Shown piece after piece: positions 41,266-54,800 of a DNA stretch of 64,000 nt. Position numbers and translations under genes: made by a program. Each line of letters starts with the position of its first letter. Within the stretch, counting starts at the first letter, position 1. Under the pieces are notes generated by a model that was not told the DNA's origin, did not search any database, and saw only the letters and a program-made list of their open reading frames with translations. Source of the DNA: Iphione sp. A-MEVVRFRX5 (Eukaryota); the NCBI GenBank assembly GCA_976226885.1, contig OZ320318.1, positions 59,024,001 to 59,088,000 on the forward strand. Direction: 5' to 3'.

Positions 41266-42480
41266 TTCTGGGGAAGATCTTTGAAAAGTGGATGGTCAAC
41301 TGAGTGATGGGTCAAGTTGAAGCCAGTGGGTACATCAAATGCCAACATGGGTTCAGACCGATGCACAGCACTGAAATGGCTACAGTGGCACTCCTAAATC
41401 ACATACCAAAGAAACTCAATGCCGGGAGCTACATCTGTGTAGTGGCCTTCAATACGAAGAAGGCATTTAATATTGTCCTGCATGTCCTTGTCTTTGCCAG
41501 GCTGAGGGAAGCGGATGCCACCACAGGTGTACGGAAATTGTTGAGGGGATACTTAACTGGACGGAAGCAGTTTGTCAGGTGCAAAGGTGTTGAATCAAGT
41601 ATGTGAGAAATCAATCAGGGTGTCCCCCAGGGCTCGGGAGTGGGTCTGTATGCCTTTAATTCAGTCATCAATGACATCATAAAGGCACTACACCCAGATG
41701 TGCGACCTATCCTATATGCCGATGATCTGACTGTGATTGTCAATTCGAGTGATCTACTACGGCTAAGAAGTCTTGTGCAGAAAACTGTAAATGATGTCAG
41801 CAAATGGTGTGACCACGAAGATCTGGTAATTAGCGCGAACAAGTGCAGCTGTATGCCAATTGCAAAGGCAGCTGGGACTCTGCTCGACATCACTCTTAAT
41901 GGAAAGACCATGCAACTTGACACCAAACTGTGATTACTCGGTTATCTTGTGGATGCCCGCCTCAAAATTCAAGGAGAGTATCAAGGAAGTGAAGAAAAAG
42001 ATGTGGGCAGTATCACTCAAAATAGGCAGAGTCAAGATATGTCTGGCCGATAGGCTTGCGCCTAGCGCTGTTCAAGTCGCTGGTGTTGCCACACATACTG
42101 TACTCCACTGCTCTCTACTATGGGTGCATTGAATCAGACATCTGTAGTCTGCAAGTACATCTGAAAAAGTGTGTCAAGCTGGCAGTGCAGGCTGGCTCCT
42201 ATCTGAGCTCCAGAAGCACAGAAACTGGGTATCGAGAGAATTAGCTCTATGGTGGGGCACCGAGGGCTGTCTGCCATCTACTGCCAATTGACGCTGGGGC
42301 TGCTACCAATTGCAGGCATGTCAGTCACCTGAGGAGGGTCCAAGCGACGCACGGCAATGGAGAGACCCGGGATTGGACGTTTCGCAAAATCCCTTTGATA
42401 TAAGGGCGTGCTAAGCTGGAAGAGGCTGCCTTCTCATCTTAAATCCCTTGAGCGGCCAAACCTAAAGAGGTATTTGGACT
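41266..42480 (+). mobile_element. 5'-truncated, inactivated non-LTR retrotransposon ORF2 reverse transcriptase (CR1/L2-like)
   Basis: Motifs in order: LGKIFEK, QHGFRPMHSTE, AFNTKKAFNIV, GVPQGSGVG, YADD, LLGY, LFKSLVLPHILY and WKRLPSHLK. In-frame stops at about 41604 and 41931 plus frameshifts. Confidence 0.9.
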
Positions 42481-43149
42481 CACAGAGGGGGGAGACCATG
42501 CTACCGCTCTATTGCACTAGTGACACTACCGCTCTGATGCCCGAATGAAAAGACATCTCAGCCGCCAGACTCAGCGGTACGGGTGGTCATCTCGGGACAG
42601 TTTCTGGCCTCATTAAATTTACTCTCAGCATCTCAGAGTTGCACATATGCCACAGTCATCAGCATATTACAATTACCATGTGGAAGATTGGGGATAAGGG
42701 GGAAAGAATACTGGGGTGCTTGTTTACAGAAGCCCCCGAGCTTACTATCACTACATTATGATCGATACACAGTATCGTTGGCCTTCAACCACAGAGTAGG
42801 AGATATGTGATTAATTAGACGTGCAGATGGCCTCAAGCCGTTTTCTGGTGTAGTCAGGCTGAATTGAGGGAAACCAAAGCCTTTAATGCCATATATTTCA
42901 TCAGTTATATTATTAAACCTAAAGGGATCTGAGTATTGTGGGTTTTCCTGAGGCACATGCCTCAGCTGTATTCACAACTGGAGGCTCTTGGCAGATTTTA
43001 CTCTACAGTGCAACGTCCCCTTGCAGACACGTCTGGGATACGGACGTGTCCCAAATGTGGACGATTTGGAGAAGAACCGACTGGTTTGCTATAGATAAGC
43101 ATTGTAAGAGGACGTCTCTAATCAGGACAGCCATTTTAGAGAAGCGTCC

Positions 43150-43462
43150 TCCTACAGACACTGTTTTAGCGCAAATTTGAGGCTGCAGGGAGGCCTTAGA
43201 AGTCATTTTCACACATTTCCCTTGGTTTCCCCTTACAGACAACGTGTTGTAGCGTGAATTTGGGGCTGCAGGGAGGCCTCAGAAGTCATTTTCACACATT
43301 TCCCTTGGTTTCCCCTTACAGACAACGTGTTGTAGTGCAAATTTGGGGCTGCAGGGAGGCCTCAGAAGTCATTTTCACACATTTCCCTTGGTATACCCCT
43401 GTAGACAACATGTTTTAGCGTGAATTGGGTGCTCCAGGCAGGCCGCAGAAGTCATTTTCAAA
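43150..43462. repeat. 83-bp tandem repeat, about 3.7 copies, inside the MITE
   Basis: AGTCATTTTC recurs at 43201, 43284, 43367 and 43450. Confidence 0.95.
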
Positions 43463-43487
43463 GGTAGACATGAATAAACATTTGGAC

Positions 43488-43642
43488 ATTTACTGGTCAA
43501 ATCCAGTACTTTTAAGACTTTCGTGGGTCAAATTCAGTACTCTTAGGACTTTTACTGGTCAAATTCTGGTCAAATTCAGTACTTTTAGGACTTTTACTGG
43601 TCAAATTCAGTAGTTTAGGACTCTTACTGGTCAAGTCCAGTG
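43488..43642. repeat. About 30-bp tandem repeat, about 5 copies, inside the MITE
   Basis: Unit approximately TTTTACTGGTCAAATTCAGTACTTTTAGGAC. Confidence 0.9.
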
Positions 43643-45360
43643 CCAGTTTTGACCCCCATTCCATATCCTACTAACAGATCTCCAATCCGGCCATGTCTGA
43701 AATGCGGATGATTTGGAGAAGAACACAGGGTGTCCGTAATTGGGACGTCGCACTGTAACTACCTATGTGTGTTTAATCAATGTTGTGCTTGTCACCACGC
43801 TCCACTGATTATTTGTCAATTGTATATATGCCACCTTGTGTTTTCTCTTCTGTCTTTATGTTGTAGTAGTCGCACTATCCATGTATCCATGTACCTATAA
43901 TATACTTCTTGTTCCGCGTCCTCATGTTTTTCTATTGTCCAATGCGCGTATGCCTTTTAGCTTACTCTATGTTGGTTAGTACCAGCACTAACACTCATGG
44001 GCTGTGTACGTATTTTGAATCGTGTGTTTTTCATGTATTGAATGGCTTTATGTGTGTATATTCATGTCTAATTGGAGTAGGTTATGTCAACTGTAGCACC
44101 ATTAAGGTCTATGCCTCAACTCTTGTATATTAGTCAGACGCCTTATTTTCCACTTATAATTATTGTTTACCATTCGGATTGCCACGGATAACTTTGTACC
44201 AATGTGCGAAGATCAATAATAAACAAATATCAAATTGTTGTATAGCGTCTATTACACAAGTTCCAGGCTTTTTTACACACAACTACGATCAATATCACTT
44301 CAATTTTCTAAACTTGTACGGTAAATTATATACATGTATCTGTAACATATGTACGTGTATGTTTACCTTTACTGGTAAAGAAACAACTTGTCCTCTTGAA
44401 TGGACGTGAACAGCTCACCAAATATGGCATGTAGACAGCATTTTATATCATCCCAGCAGCCATCTGGTTCGCGGAGATTTCATTATCATCCAAACGCAAG
44501 ACAAGAATTTAAAAAAAAAAAAGTAAGAGCTGGCCAATGAGCAATAACATTAGGTCCAATCCCGGAGTCCAATCCAATACCGTCACCGAACATTTTTATC
44601 TCGTTAAAATCAAGTGTGACCAGGAGGTACCGCCATCCACAAAATGCGCTCATCCATTTAAGCATCAATATTTCAAATGCACACAGACATCTGCATTTGC
44701 AAACCATGCACGCTGCTATAGGTGCCAGGCGCGCACAGTTTCATGTCGACGGATGACTGCCAATTGAGTGATTCCGCCTGGACAGTACCGGGCCATGTGT
44801 TGGCGGTCCACCATGCTAGGTACGGTACGGTACAACATTCAAAGCGCACTCCAGCCATATAAGACCTAGCGCACTTAAAGCCCACGGGTCCTTAGTTGTA
44901 TTGGTAGGGCACAGTAGTATCTGATAGATAGGAAAAGACTCGTACCAAATCAAAGTATTTCCAGTTATGTTGGCAAAAAGCCAGTAACACGTAATGCACC
45001 ATGCATATATGATGCTGGGCCAATTTTGCCTATAGTAACATCATTGCAATGACCACACACATACAAAAGAGCACGTACACTTATCTAAAATTTATGCATA
45101 ACCTACCAGAAGATATACATACAAGCTCCACGTATACATAAGCAGACACAAGTTAGCTGCTGCTCAAAATCTTCGATGTCTTTACTACTGACTGATTTAA
45201 ACGAAACAGAAGACAACCTTCGTCTGAATCATCACTGCTTGCACAGACACGACTTTTAATGTTATCTTTTCTAAATACATCCACGTCAGCTGATTGTTTG
45301 ATAGTTTATTGGTGGAATCTTCTATCCACTGACGGAGAGATTCTTATTGCATCCAGGGAA

Positions 45361-45408
45361 AAAGTTATGAATGGTGAAAGACTGAAAGTTATGAATGGTG
45401 AAAGACTG
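45361..45408. repeat. Perfect 24-bp tandem duplication
   Basis: AAAGTTATGAATGGTGAAAGACTG twice. Confidence 0.95.
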
Positions 45409-48400
45409 CTACAATCAGGAAATATACAAAGAGTTTTGGTTGCTTCAACACTCAAAAAAAAAGGTAGACAACGCCTAGGTTTCCTAGCGATAGATCAAAT
45501 CTGCTCTGTCAGAAACAGAAAGATTTACAGAGTATTTTGAAAGAAAGTAACCTCGTTTATTGAAATATGCAAGCAATGTTTTTTTAAAAATCACTAGAGC
45601 ATTGGTGTACAAATTACGTAGGGAAAATAAGAACCCCCCAAAATTAAACCGAAGTTATTGATATTCATCATAAAAACAACTCTACCGTTGTCGACAAGTA
45701 CAACCTAAATTCCAATGAAGGCGTTAAGCTCGCGATTTCAAACATAATGCTTATGCACTGAATCTGAACCATTAGGTTGAGCTGGGATCAACAGTTTTTC
45801 TTCGATAAAGCGGCCCCTGGTTTTTGCTGACCCTATTATGGTAAACACTGCCTGACAAGTCCCTGCTGAACGGCAGGACCTGAAGCGTTACACCTCTCCT
45901 CATGCTCACTTTTCACTCATTCACATGCCACATGTACACATACACATCGTAAGACTGCGCCTTCCACAGAGCAATACCAACAGCAGGATAGGAACGGTCC
46001 TGCAGACACCGTAAACGTCAACAAAAGCTATCTGTAGAAATATGTATCACAGTGCCTTTTGCTTAGACTAAAATCCACACCAAGACCCTGTCAGGGAGTA
46101 CTGTGATATAATAGAAAGGAAACGAAAAACCATTATAATCTACCACCACATTGCGTGCGAGTAAATTAGGCTGCGTATATGACACGCTACCCAGTTGTTT
46201 CCCACTGGCTCATAGTAACAGTGGACCTGCTAAAGCATGCATTGGGTCTTAGCTCATCACATTTTTTAAAAATTTTCAACAGAATACATCATCAGCCAAA
46301 AAGGGCTGTTTTTCAGGTGGCCTGCCTAAACTGTTATTTAGTAGGGTTATTATGGGTTTGTAAATCGAGCTAGACACAGAATTTGCCATGGGCGTTGTAG
46401 TATAAGATATATTGTGAGGTTACGTATATAAAATATTGTGATAGAACATTGTGATAGAACCAACCTTCACGGTCCCCTTTCGGGAAAGACAGGCAAAGTG
46501 CTTTGTCGTGACGCGCGGACTCGATGCGCTCAGTGCCATGAAGTGCTATCCGGCCACTTGGTCAAACACAGCAATTCAACCCTACCAGCACATATCCCCG
46601 GCTGATCGTGCATCTAGGACCGGCCACCATAGGGTGCATTCACCGCGGCACGCTTATTAACCACACGTGGCCCACTATGGGATCTGACAGTGGTCAAGTA
46701 TGTACACAGCGCTGTCTCTCGAAACACACAGGTACATTTACGAGTCTCCTGACGAAGGAGAATTATTGACAACTATTTGGTCGCTTTGTGCACTGACACT
46801 TCAATAATATAATACTCCAACACTGGCTTGTTCTAATGCTTTTGCCATTATCAATGGATGTTTCACATATACTGCATTTCTGCTCACGCTAAAATCGCCC
46901 CTTTAAGGACTGAAACCCTAAGAAGACCGAAGTTACACTGAGGGTATTATGCACTCTGTCTGTTGACGCTCAAAACTTGATCTCGGATAGCCAATATCAT
47001 TCAATAGGGGCAATAGATACAAGCAAGACTAAGGCGCGCAACACTGCAAACTGATATATCCCCTCTCTTGCCAGTAAAAGCTTTTAAGAAGTCCTAGCAG
47101 AGTCCTGATTGCAGCCCTGTCCCGAGTGCTACCTCAGATGCATGTGTTACCGCCCCATGCTTTGTCATGAGACAGCTTGAATATGGCGGGTATTCTGGTA
47201 TGTTTCTATGCTTTCTGCGCCCTCCAGGATACATCTCGCATCTCTGTAGTAAGCACACCAGTAGCTGCAGTCTGTGCACCACCCCCTGTTCAATGTTCCT
47301 CTATCATACGCCACAACAGAAAGAAAACCACCACAGATGCAAGCAAGCAGAAATCATCCCGCTATCCCTAGACATCAGCATAGAACCCAACATTCACTCG
47401 GGGTGCTTACAGACACTCCGCCTCTGGAAATGGAAGTCGTGCTGAGGAGGCACTGGCTGTGCCAGGCAGCTCAATGCCGCATATGCCGCCAATTTGTGTG
47501 TATATCCTGGTCACCGCTGTTACCAAACATTAACATACAAATATAAAAAAATACATCTTTCAAAATTACAAATGGACAAAGTCCAACGCTGCCAGCGATA
47601 GGAGAACTGTGACAATACTTGTCTAAAAGAGCCCCGTCTGTGATGATTCATTAAAGTGGATGATTTCTTAGGTAGCACTGGCCACACTGATGTTCATGTA
47701 CCTACAGGTAGCTTCGCAGTGACATCTTCCGGCATTGCAGTGGAGTTTAGAAATATTAAGCAACATTATATACCTTGCTACTCAATAAAATTTGATATTC
47801 GCTTCCTCGGTACGCTTGATTTATTTTTACAAAACCGTTTATAGACTTTTTGTATAAACTGTGTAATGTGATATATTGCTACAATCTTCCATATTACGCA
47901 GTAGTCTTTAAAAAACAGCCCCCATAATACTCAGTATATCGACATAAATTTATCCTAGCAGTGCTCAGGGTCAAAGGATATAGCCACAGGAATTGATAAA
48001 TGGCATTTTCCACATAAATATTTTCACGGTGGTTTCCGTTTCCCATATTGGGTAGTGTACCTCACCTTGGATTTAATAGTTCTGCTATGTGGCATTCTAG
48101 ACACGGATAACACATGGCGCCGCGAGGGCCACGCCTTAAATTTACATAATCAGATTATGTCTGCGCGGCAGTATTTTTCCCAGGCATACGTCAAGTTTGG
48201 ACGGTCTTAGCTGATGCATGAAAAAATATTTACTATACTGGAACTGATATTCATGTTCTGCACATATCAGGGAAAATGCCCAATACATTTGCCACCCAAG
48301 AAGAACTACAAAGACACACTTTAAAAATAAATATTGAAACTACTTTGTGCTGCTGTCAAGTGCAACAAAGCAATAGTGCTCAGGACTGTCTGACTTGCGA

Positions 48401-50239
48401 TGGCAAATGTATTCTATTATTGAAAAGATTCGTGTTTTCTTGTCACCTAACGATTGAAGAAAAAAAATTCCACAACGCATTATTGATTTGTCTGCTTCTA
48501 CCTGTACTTCGAACCCATTACCTTCCAACTTGCCAAAAATGTCGCGTAGATTTCCGTCAGGGTATGAGACAACTGTTCTATAGAAGCTGTTACCTTAATG
48601 ATGTTATTTTCCACAGTGCGATGATAGGTATTTTTGTCTTGAGGGAGGAGGAACACTCCGGCAAAGTCGATATTGCACCTGCCTTTTTTCAAACTGAAAA
48701 TAAATCTACGACGTGCATACGCATAATACACCTTGTGGTTCACACGCGCACATTGTCTGTTAACTGCATACCCATGAACTAAAGCATCATCCACCTGTTC
48801 CTTTAAAACGAGGTGTAAAACAGGTAGACGTCCATACAGCAGGTGCGGTCGCGATGCCATCCACACTTCAGGCGAAACCTCCTTTGATCAATGAAAAACC
48901 CAATGCGTGTATACCATCATGCAGAATAATTATACGTATATCCAACATGAAATACATCTCCCGTTCCCGTAAGTCGACAGTGGATGGAGGTGATGATCTC
49001 GGGTAGGGTGCGACTATTAGAGAACTGACTGATATTTTTAGCACAACATCAAAACTCAGATGGAAAATTCTCACGCGATCTAAGGCGTAGGCACTCCTCG
49101 TTCAAACTACCAGTTAACTCTTGAGCAAGGTGAAGTTACTTAAAATGACAAAGAAACACACCTCTCGGTAATTTACCTCCCTCATACCGGGGTGTCCCTG
49201 AAGGACCCGAAGGGGGAAACTTCGTCACAATGGTGACCTTCATCATCTCCGTACTACATGAGCTATGAATGCGGGTTCGCTACGAACCACGAGCCGGTCA
49301 TTGCAGCAGCGCCTTCCCAATGTCAATCACCTCGGCATGCCTCCCAAAAGACAGGAAAGGTCGAGGCAACCAAATGGACGATCGCCGTCAAACGTTGTTG
49401 CGCATGACCTTTCTGACCTAAGTTAGAACATCCTCAGCAGAGCAGGGATAGCAGTCTCCAGGGTCCTCTTCAGGAGAATTGTGCCAGGCAGAGAGGAGAG
49501 GGTGATGGATATCTCAGAGACAATTGCTCCTAAGCCACAGTATTCTGTGTTAAGTCTCCTTCAGCCTTCTTATCTGGAGGAGCCAGCCAGTGTGCTTCCA
49601 GGTAGGGGGTCCGGGGAGCAGGCGATACTAGTTAGTTTCAAAGATCGATGCAGAAATTCAAGTCATTTAGCACTGGAACGTAGAATATCGATCAAGGGGA
49701 ACTCGGCATTCTAATAAAGGAAATTTCATCTAATCATAAGGAACACAATGGCTCCTGCGAATTGAATTCACTATGCCTATTATGCATGCCAGACTTGCAA
49801 GCAAATTTTAGGTTAAACAGGCATAATAATCATGTGTGGTTAGAAATTTGTAGTTACCCTAGCTCTAGACCTAGACTCTAACTAGCATAAGTCTCAGAGA
49901 CAGCATGAGCAGGTGCAATTTCTGTCCTTGACTCCATGTGGCACACCATTCAGTTCAGGTTCACCAACTCATGAGGGGATGTTGGCTAGAATGAGAACAT
50001 CAACATGGTTGAACAGATTTAATTGCAGAGCAGTGAAGGTTGCGGTCAATCAACCTCTGACTGGGAGGGCACATGTTTCATCCTGTCTCGGAGTCACCCT
50101 GTGCTAAAACTCAGAGAACTACAAAACTCTAACTCACTGTTTCTCATCCAGGAGAAACAAGTAAGATGTTTAGAACCTTCCAACACTCCTGAGGGACTCA
50201 ACAAAGATCTCCCCTAATAAGAAGCAAAACATAATCACA

Positions 50240-51030
50240 TTACATAATGTGGCTCGATACTTGCCCCCAAAAACCTCCTTCCCCATCTGGCTAAGGTGGA
50301 CACTGCGACAGGCTGATAGGGAGGAATGTAACTAATGAACAAGACAGCTTGGTCTTGGTCTCTCAGAACCTCAATGGTGTGAGCTATGTAATCTCTAACA
50401 TGGGTAACTGCAGACGAAGAAGGTTCCTGAGTAAAAAGTACTAGAAAATATGATTAGGTTGCTTCTCTCCTCTATTATATTTCAAGGGAGACAAAAAGTT
50501 AATGTGTAATCTATTAGCCCCGATCTCATGGTCAATGTTCAGTATAGTCTCGAGGCCTGCCACAAGAATCTAAAAGAACAAGCATGACTGTCTTTAAGGT
50601 AAGAATCTTAAGGGACAAGCCTGGAGTATAAAACCATGATCTAAGATGATTGAGGACCACTTCTACATCCAAGGTATATTCTACGTGACCCTGAGGAGGG
50701 CAAAGATTAAACATTCCTGCAATAACCCTATTAGTTAACCACTGTTGGCCAAAAGGGACCTTCCCATACTTCATGCCTGGAGTTAATCACATCTGCAAGG
50801 GACATGAATCCTCCTTTGAAGTCTGAAAGTTCACCCTTCAGGTCCAACCAAATCCCAACATTTTGTCCCTGGAATCTGCCATGGTCTGGTTCAAGGTGAA
50901 GACCGCATCCATCATGACTGCTGAGGGCTCTTGGGCACTAGTCTTAGCAGGCATAGGAGTTTTCACTTTGGCAGGTTGTTTTACCTTGTCCAGGTTAGCT
51001 CTCAAAGCACTCTTTCTCTTCAGTGAGTAG
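50240..51030 (-). mobile_element. DIRS-type retrotransposon remnant: tyrosine recombinase fragment with a possible gag-like segment upstream
   Basis: VPFGQQ..RVIAGMFNLCPP..YTLDVEVVLNHLRSW..LSLKILTLKTVMLVLLDSCGR, then VRDYIAHT..VLFISYIPPYQPVAVSTLARW. These match the DIRS YR pattern WDV..VL..L / LK.LT.K..ML.AL.S..R / LFIS...P..PVS..T.ARW. Interrupted by stops. Confidence 0.75.
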
Positions 51031-51699
51031 GGTTACCCTGTGCTTTCTTTTCATGCTGTGCCTCAACAGCTATACTGCTTTTACAAGGTCACATGGCCGC
51101 TGAACTGTTTTCAAGCAGGCTTCCTGAATGAAGATGTGTAAAAGCCCTAAATTCACAAAGAATACTGACATGTGTCCCCTACAACTACCACTACAATGGC
51201 AGAATGGTGTTCACTCAACAACAGCTGAGGATGCAGACCTTAGTTCACGCAAGACGCACACAACTGTAACCACTACAGGAGCACCTTAAGCTGGAATCTT
51301 CCCCTCAGTGGGGGAAAGTAGCATTGGCATGAATATATGAGCTAATTCTACTATGAAAACTAGCTAAGGGCACTGTATGTAATATAAAACATACAAAGCA
51401 ACCATCAAGTACAAAAATTAAGTAAAATAGTTTACGAAAAAAAGATTTTTTACCATACCCAGGCTGCTGCCAAACCATCATGGCATACAAAGAATGCTGG
51501 ACTGAGTGAGGTGCCACATGGTGCCAAGAATTGATTTTTCCTTCATACAAAATGACTTCCAGAGAATAGTGATCTACAGAGATTACATGGTTACTGTCAT
51601 AGCATTTAATCTATCTGGTAAAAATATATACATATAAAATAGCCATAGCCAGTCATCCAATGGATGTCATTTTGATGCAAAATGTAAGTCTGAATGACC

Positions 51700-51837
51700 A
51701 CTTTCGACTTTTGGGCCCATAATATTCCTTGATTTTTCCCTGATTTGAGGTATTTTTTATCAAATTCCCTGATTTTTCCCTGACTGGAAAAGAATAAAAT
51801 AATTTTCCCTAATGTCCCTGATGGGCTGGGAACCCTG
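51700..51837 (-). mobile_element. Possible single end of a DNA transposon or MITE
   Basis: Ends GGGAACCCTG (CAGGGTTCCC on minus), preceded by repeated subterminal TT(TT)CCCTGA motifs. No partner end was found. Confidence 0.3.
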
Positions 51838-54800
51838 ATATATGTACACATATAAAGCACAAATTCATGTGGTAAATTGGACGGTCAATGGACGGTCAAG
51901 TATAAGGGTAACGGAGAAGGAAGTATGAAATAGATACATGTATAAAAGAACACTCATATTTACGTGCAAACCTGAATCACCTCAAACTGAAATAAAACAG
52001 TAAACAGCACGATGATGACATTTTGGTGAAATGGGATTTTTTTTAATACCATTCTTCCGCCAGATAATATTTTGCGTGTAAAAATTCCTCAAACTGGATG
52101 GGGAATAACTCCTTTATTGAAAAAAGGGTTTGCGTGGGACGGGGGCCATGGCTACTCAACAAGTATGTTTCTTTTTCCTGGTAACTCTTTTATTGCCTTT
52201 AAAAAGTCGAATAGACCCGTTGAGTAGAAGCTTTCATCCAAAATCTGCTATTCAAATCATTTTTCGTTAAAGTCTTTAAGTCTTTATCTGCAGGCAATTT
52301 GGCTACACCACCTTGAATCAATTTCCTTTATACGGCCATGGATCTCATCTAATCGCCTCACGGCAGTATAAACTGATAAATCGCTGGAGGTCTTGGCGAC
52401 TCGGTGGCGCATAGGTTCCCTAGATCCGCAATGTGTCTGATCACTCTTGGGTGCGTAGATGGTGAGAGTGTCAGCGGGTAGGATAGCGTAACAGCTGCAC
52501 GGTACGCACACACTTAAATCCGAACATTCGTACATATGCGTGCTCACGAACTTACTCACACATACAAACACATACATTTTTGCAACACCCTCCGGGAGAG
52601 GCAGGCAATGAGGAAGGGGGGATGGGTGGAAAGGGGGCGAAGGAAACGATACCCTGGGCCTGCACCTGCAGGATCGAAGGTTGCACAGTTGTCATTAGCA
52701 GTTGCACCACTAACATGTGCCTACGTATGTAGCTATGGATTGGTGGGTTTAGAGAGAACACACGAGATACAAATACATATAGATCAACAGACAGAGACCG
52801 AGACATACATACAGACGGGCAGGCAGAAAGCCAGGCAAACAGACTTGCGGACAGATAAATGCTGTAAATTTGACCATTTTGTTCTCATAAAATGGTGCAA
52901 TTACTATACAAAGAGATACCTAATGCGACCTGACTCTACCCAAACTATTGTGCTGTTGAAGACAAAGGCCATTGTAAAATCATGTACAGTGTACATGAGT
53001 ACAAAAGCATGTCGTTCCGTGTAGCCTTGTTAATATCGACAAGTTATGAAACGGTTTACTTTGCAAATCATCATGTCTAACGTACTGATATAAATGATCA
53101 CTATTATCCTATGCATAACCTTTTTCAAGTTGGGATTTAAATTTTAACACAGCATATTCGTATAAAAATCACACTTTCTAATCAATTATCTCTTGTTGAC
53201 GTTCTAATGAGGACCTATTGTGCGTTATTCATATCAACTAGTCCTTTGATTACAACAGGCAAATAGTGCTGTATGGCAATTAGCATACCGGCCCACAATC
53301 ACTGCTCATACTGACTCCAGTGGAGACCTAAAAAAAGTGTTTGTTCCCATAGACGCCATACAAACACCCCGTGAAATTTCAGCTCTAATACAACGATGCC
53401 CAAACATCATTAGGCTGTCTATAACAGCAACACAAACAATGTCGTGGCTAATGAACAAAGATTTTGTGACATTATCGAACAAAATACGTCATGCGTAGTT
53501 TTTTCACCACGTCTATATTGGGTGGGAGGCTAACTTTTAAAATATTACGGCCTTTTTCGAAAGCACAAACATACACAAGAAGAATATACTCATTAAACGC
53601 TATTAAATTGAACACATACAACTATTACAAGAATGTAAGTCCCATCTACAATAAAATAAAGAAACAAGAATCAAAGGATACCAGTCCATTGACTATCAAA
53701 GAGGATGAAAGGAGAGTACACAGTAGAACGAAAGTGGGTGGCAGACTGCTCCCATACGTCCTATACATTCGCTACAAACAGCAATCCCTCAGTGCCAATA
53801 ATACTTCACGCAATAGCACGGCAACAGAATAGATACGGAAACGATTCTTCTAGCATCTCAAAGATAATGAGAGGAAAATTATGAAGTGAGAACGTATACA
53901 GAATAGAATGTACTAAAATATTCAAACATTAAAAAAAACTTGGTTATAACAACTTAGCATGAGGGTGTGGTCAGAAAACCATACAGCTCCGGATGAAACT
54001 TATACTCAAATTTAAATTGAAACAAAGCTGGTCATGGATATCCAGCACAGACGGGTAAGACGATCTGAACGGTGCAACGTAGAAGAGACACGACCATGCA
54101 TGATAACTGTATACATGTACATGTATTCTTAGACCTGTACCAGTACCAGGCCATGTACAGCAAACAGAACGTGGCTTGAAACATGTACCATGGAGAATTC
54201 TCCCACTGCAATCAATGCAGTACATGTAGTTTCAAGTGTCACATTAATTGGTACCTGTCAGATACGATTCACTGCTACTACTCACTGGCGTTCTTCAAGA
54301 AAATTTATACAGATACATATACACTGTTCTCCAACACTCGGTTTCGAGGCAAAACAGACGGAGATTGTCCTAGTTTTCCAATATCGGTCAGTGTAACTGA
54401 GCAGTTTTGTGTGAGATCGCACTTAATAAAGCAGAAAACAAAAGATCAACTGTAAAATTCAAATCCGACATCAAGCCCTTAAACCTTGATGGTGGAGTAA
54501 GCCTGTGAACCACAAAATAACAAAACAAAGAACGGGCCTATATTATATATCAACTGGCCGTGATAGCGACATAACAAGCCGTAGGAGGCCCTTTAATACA
54601 TCGTGAACATGACAAATGTGAGTAGAAAACTCGCAGCAGGGAGGTACACAGGGTACATGACATGATTGAATTCTCGGCTCGTAGTTCTGCAAGCCTGGGA
54701 GAAAATGCTATCAGTCCCACGAATTGGGTGGTACACCAGCCAATTGGTTTCCAAAGACCATCGGACTCGCCTCGACTCAGTCACTAAATCAGTATTGGGG

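Larger units (their letters stand above)
43006..43755. mobile_element. 750-bp non-autonomous DNA transposon (Tc1/mariner-type MITE) with TA target duplication
   Basis: TA|CAGTGCAACGTCCCC ... TGGGACGTCGCACTG|TA; terminal inverted repeats match at 13/15; no coding capacity; GATTTGGAGAAGAAC is repeated near both ends. Confidence 0.75.

Noticed and set aside
43150-43642. Regularly spaced repeats that might suggest a CRISPR array
   Set aside because: Head-to-tail tandem units with no unique spacers, no cas genes, and a eukaryotic context.
52284-52577. 97-aa minus ORF with moderately coding-like composition
   Set aside because: No convincing donor in the phase needed to join the 35661 exon, and no recognisable homology.
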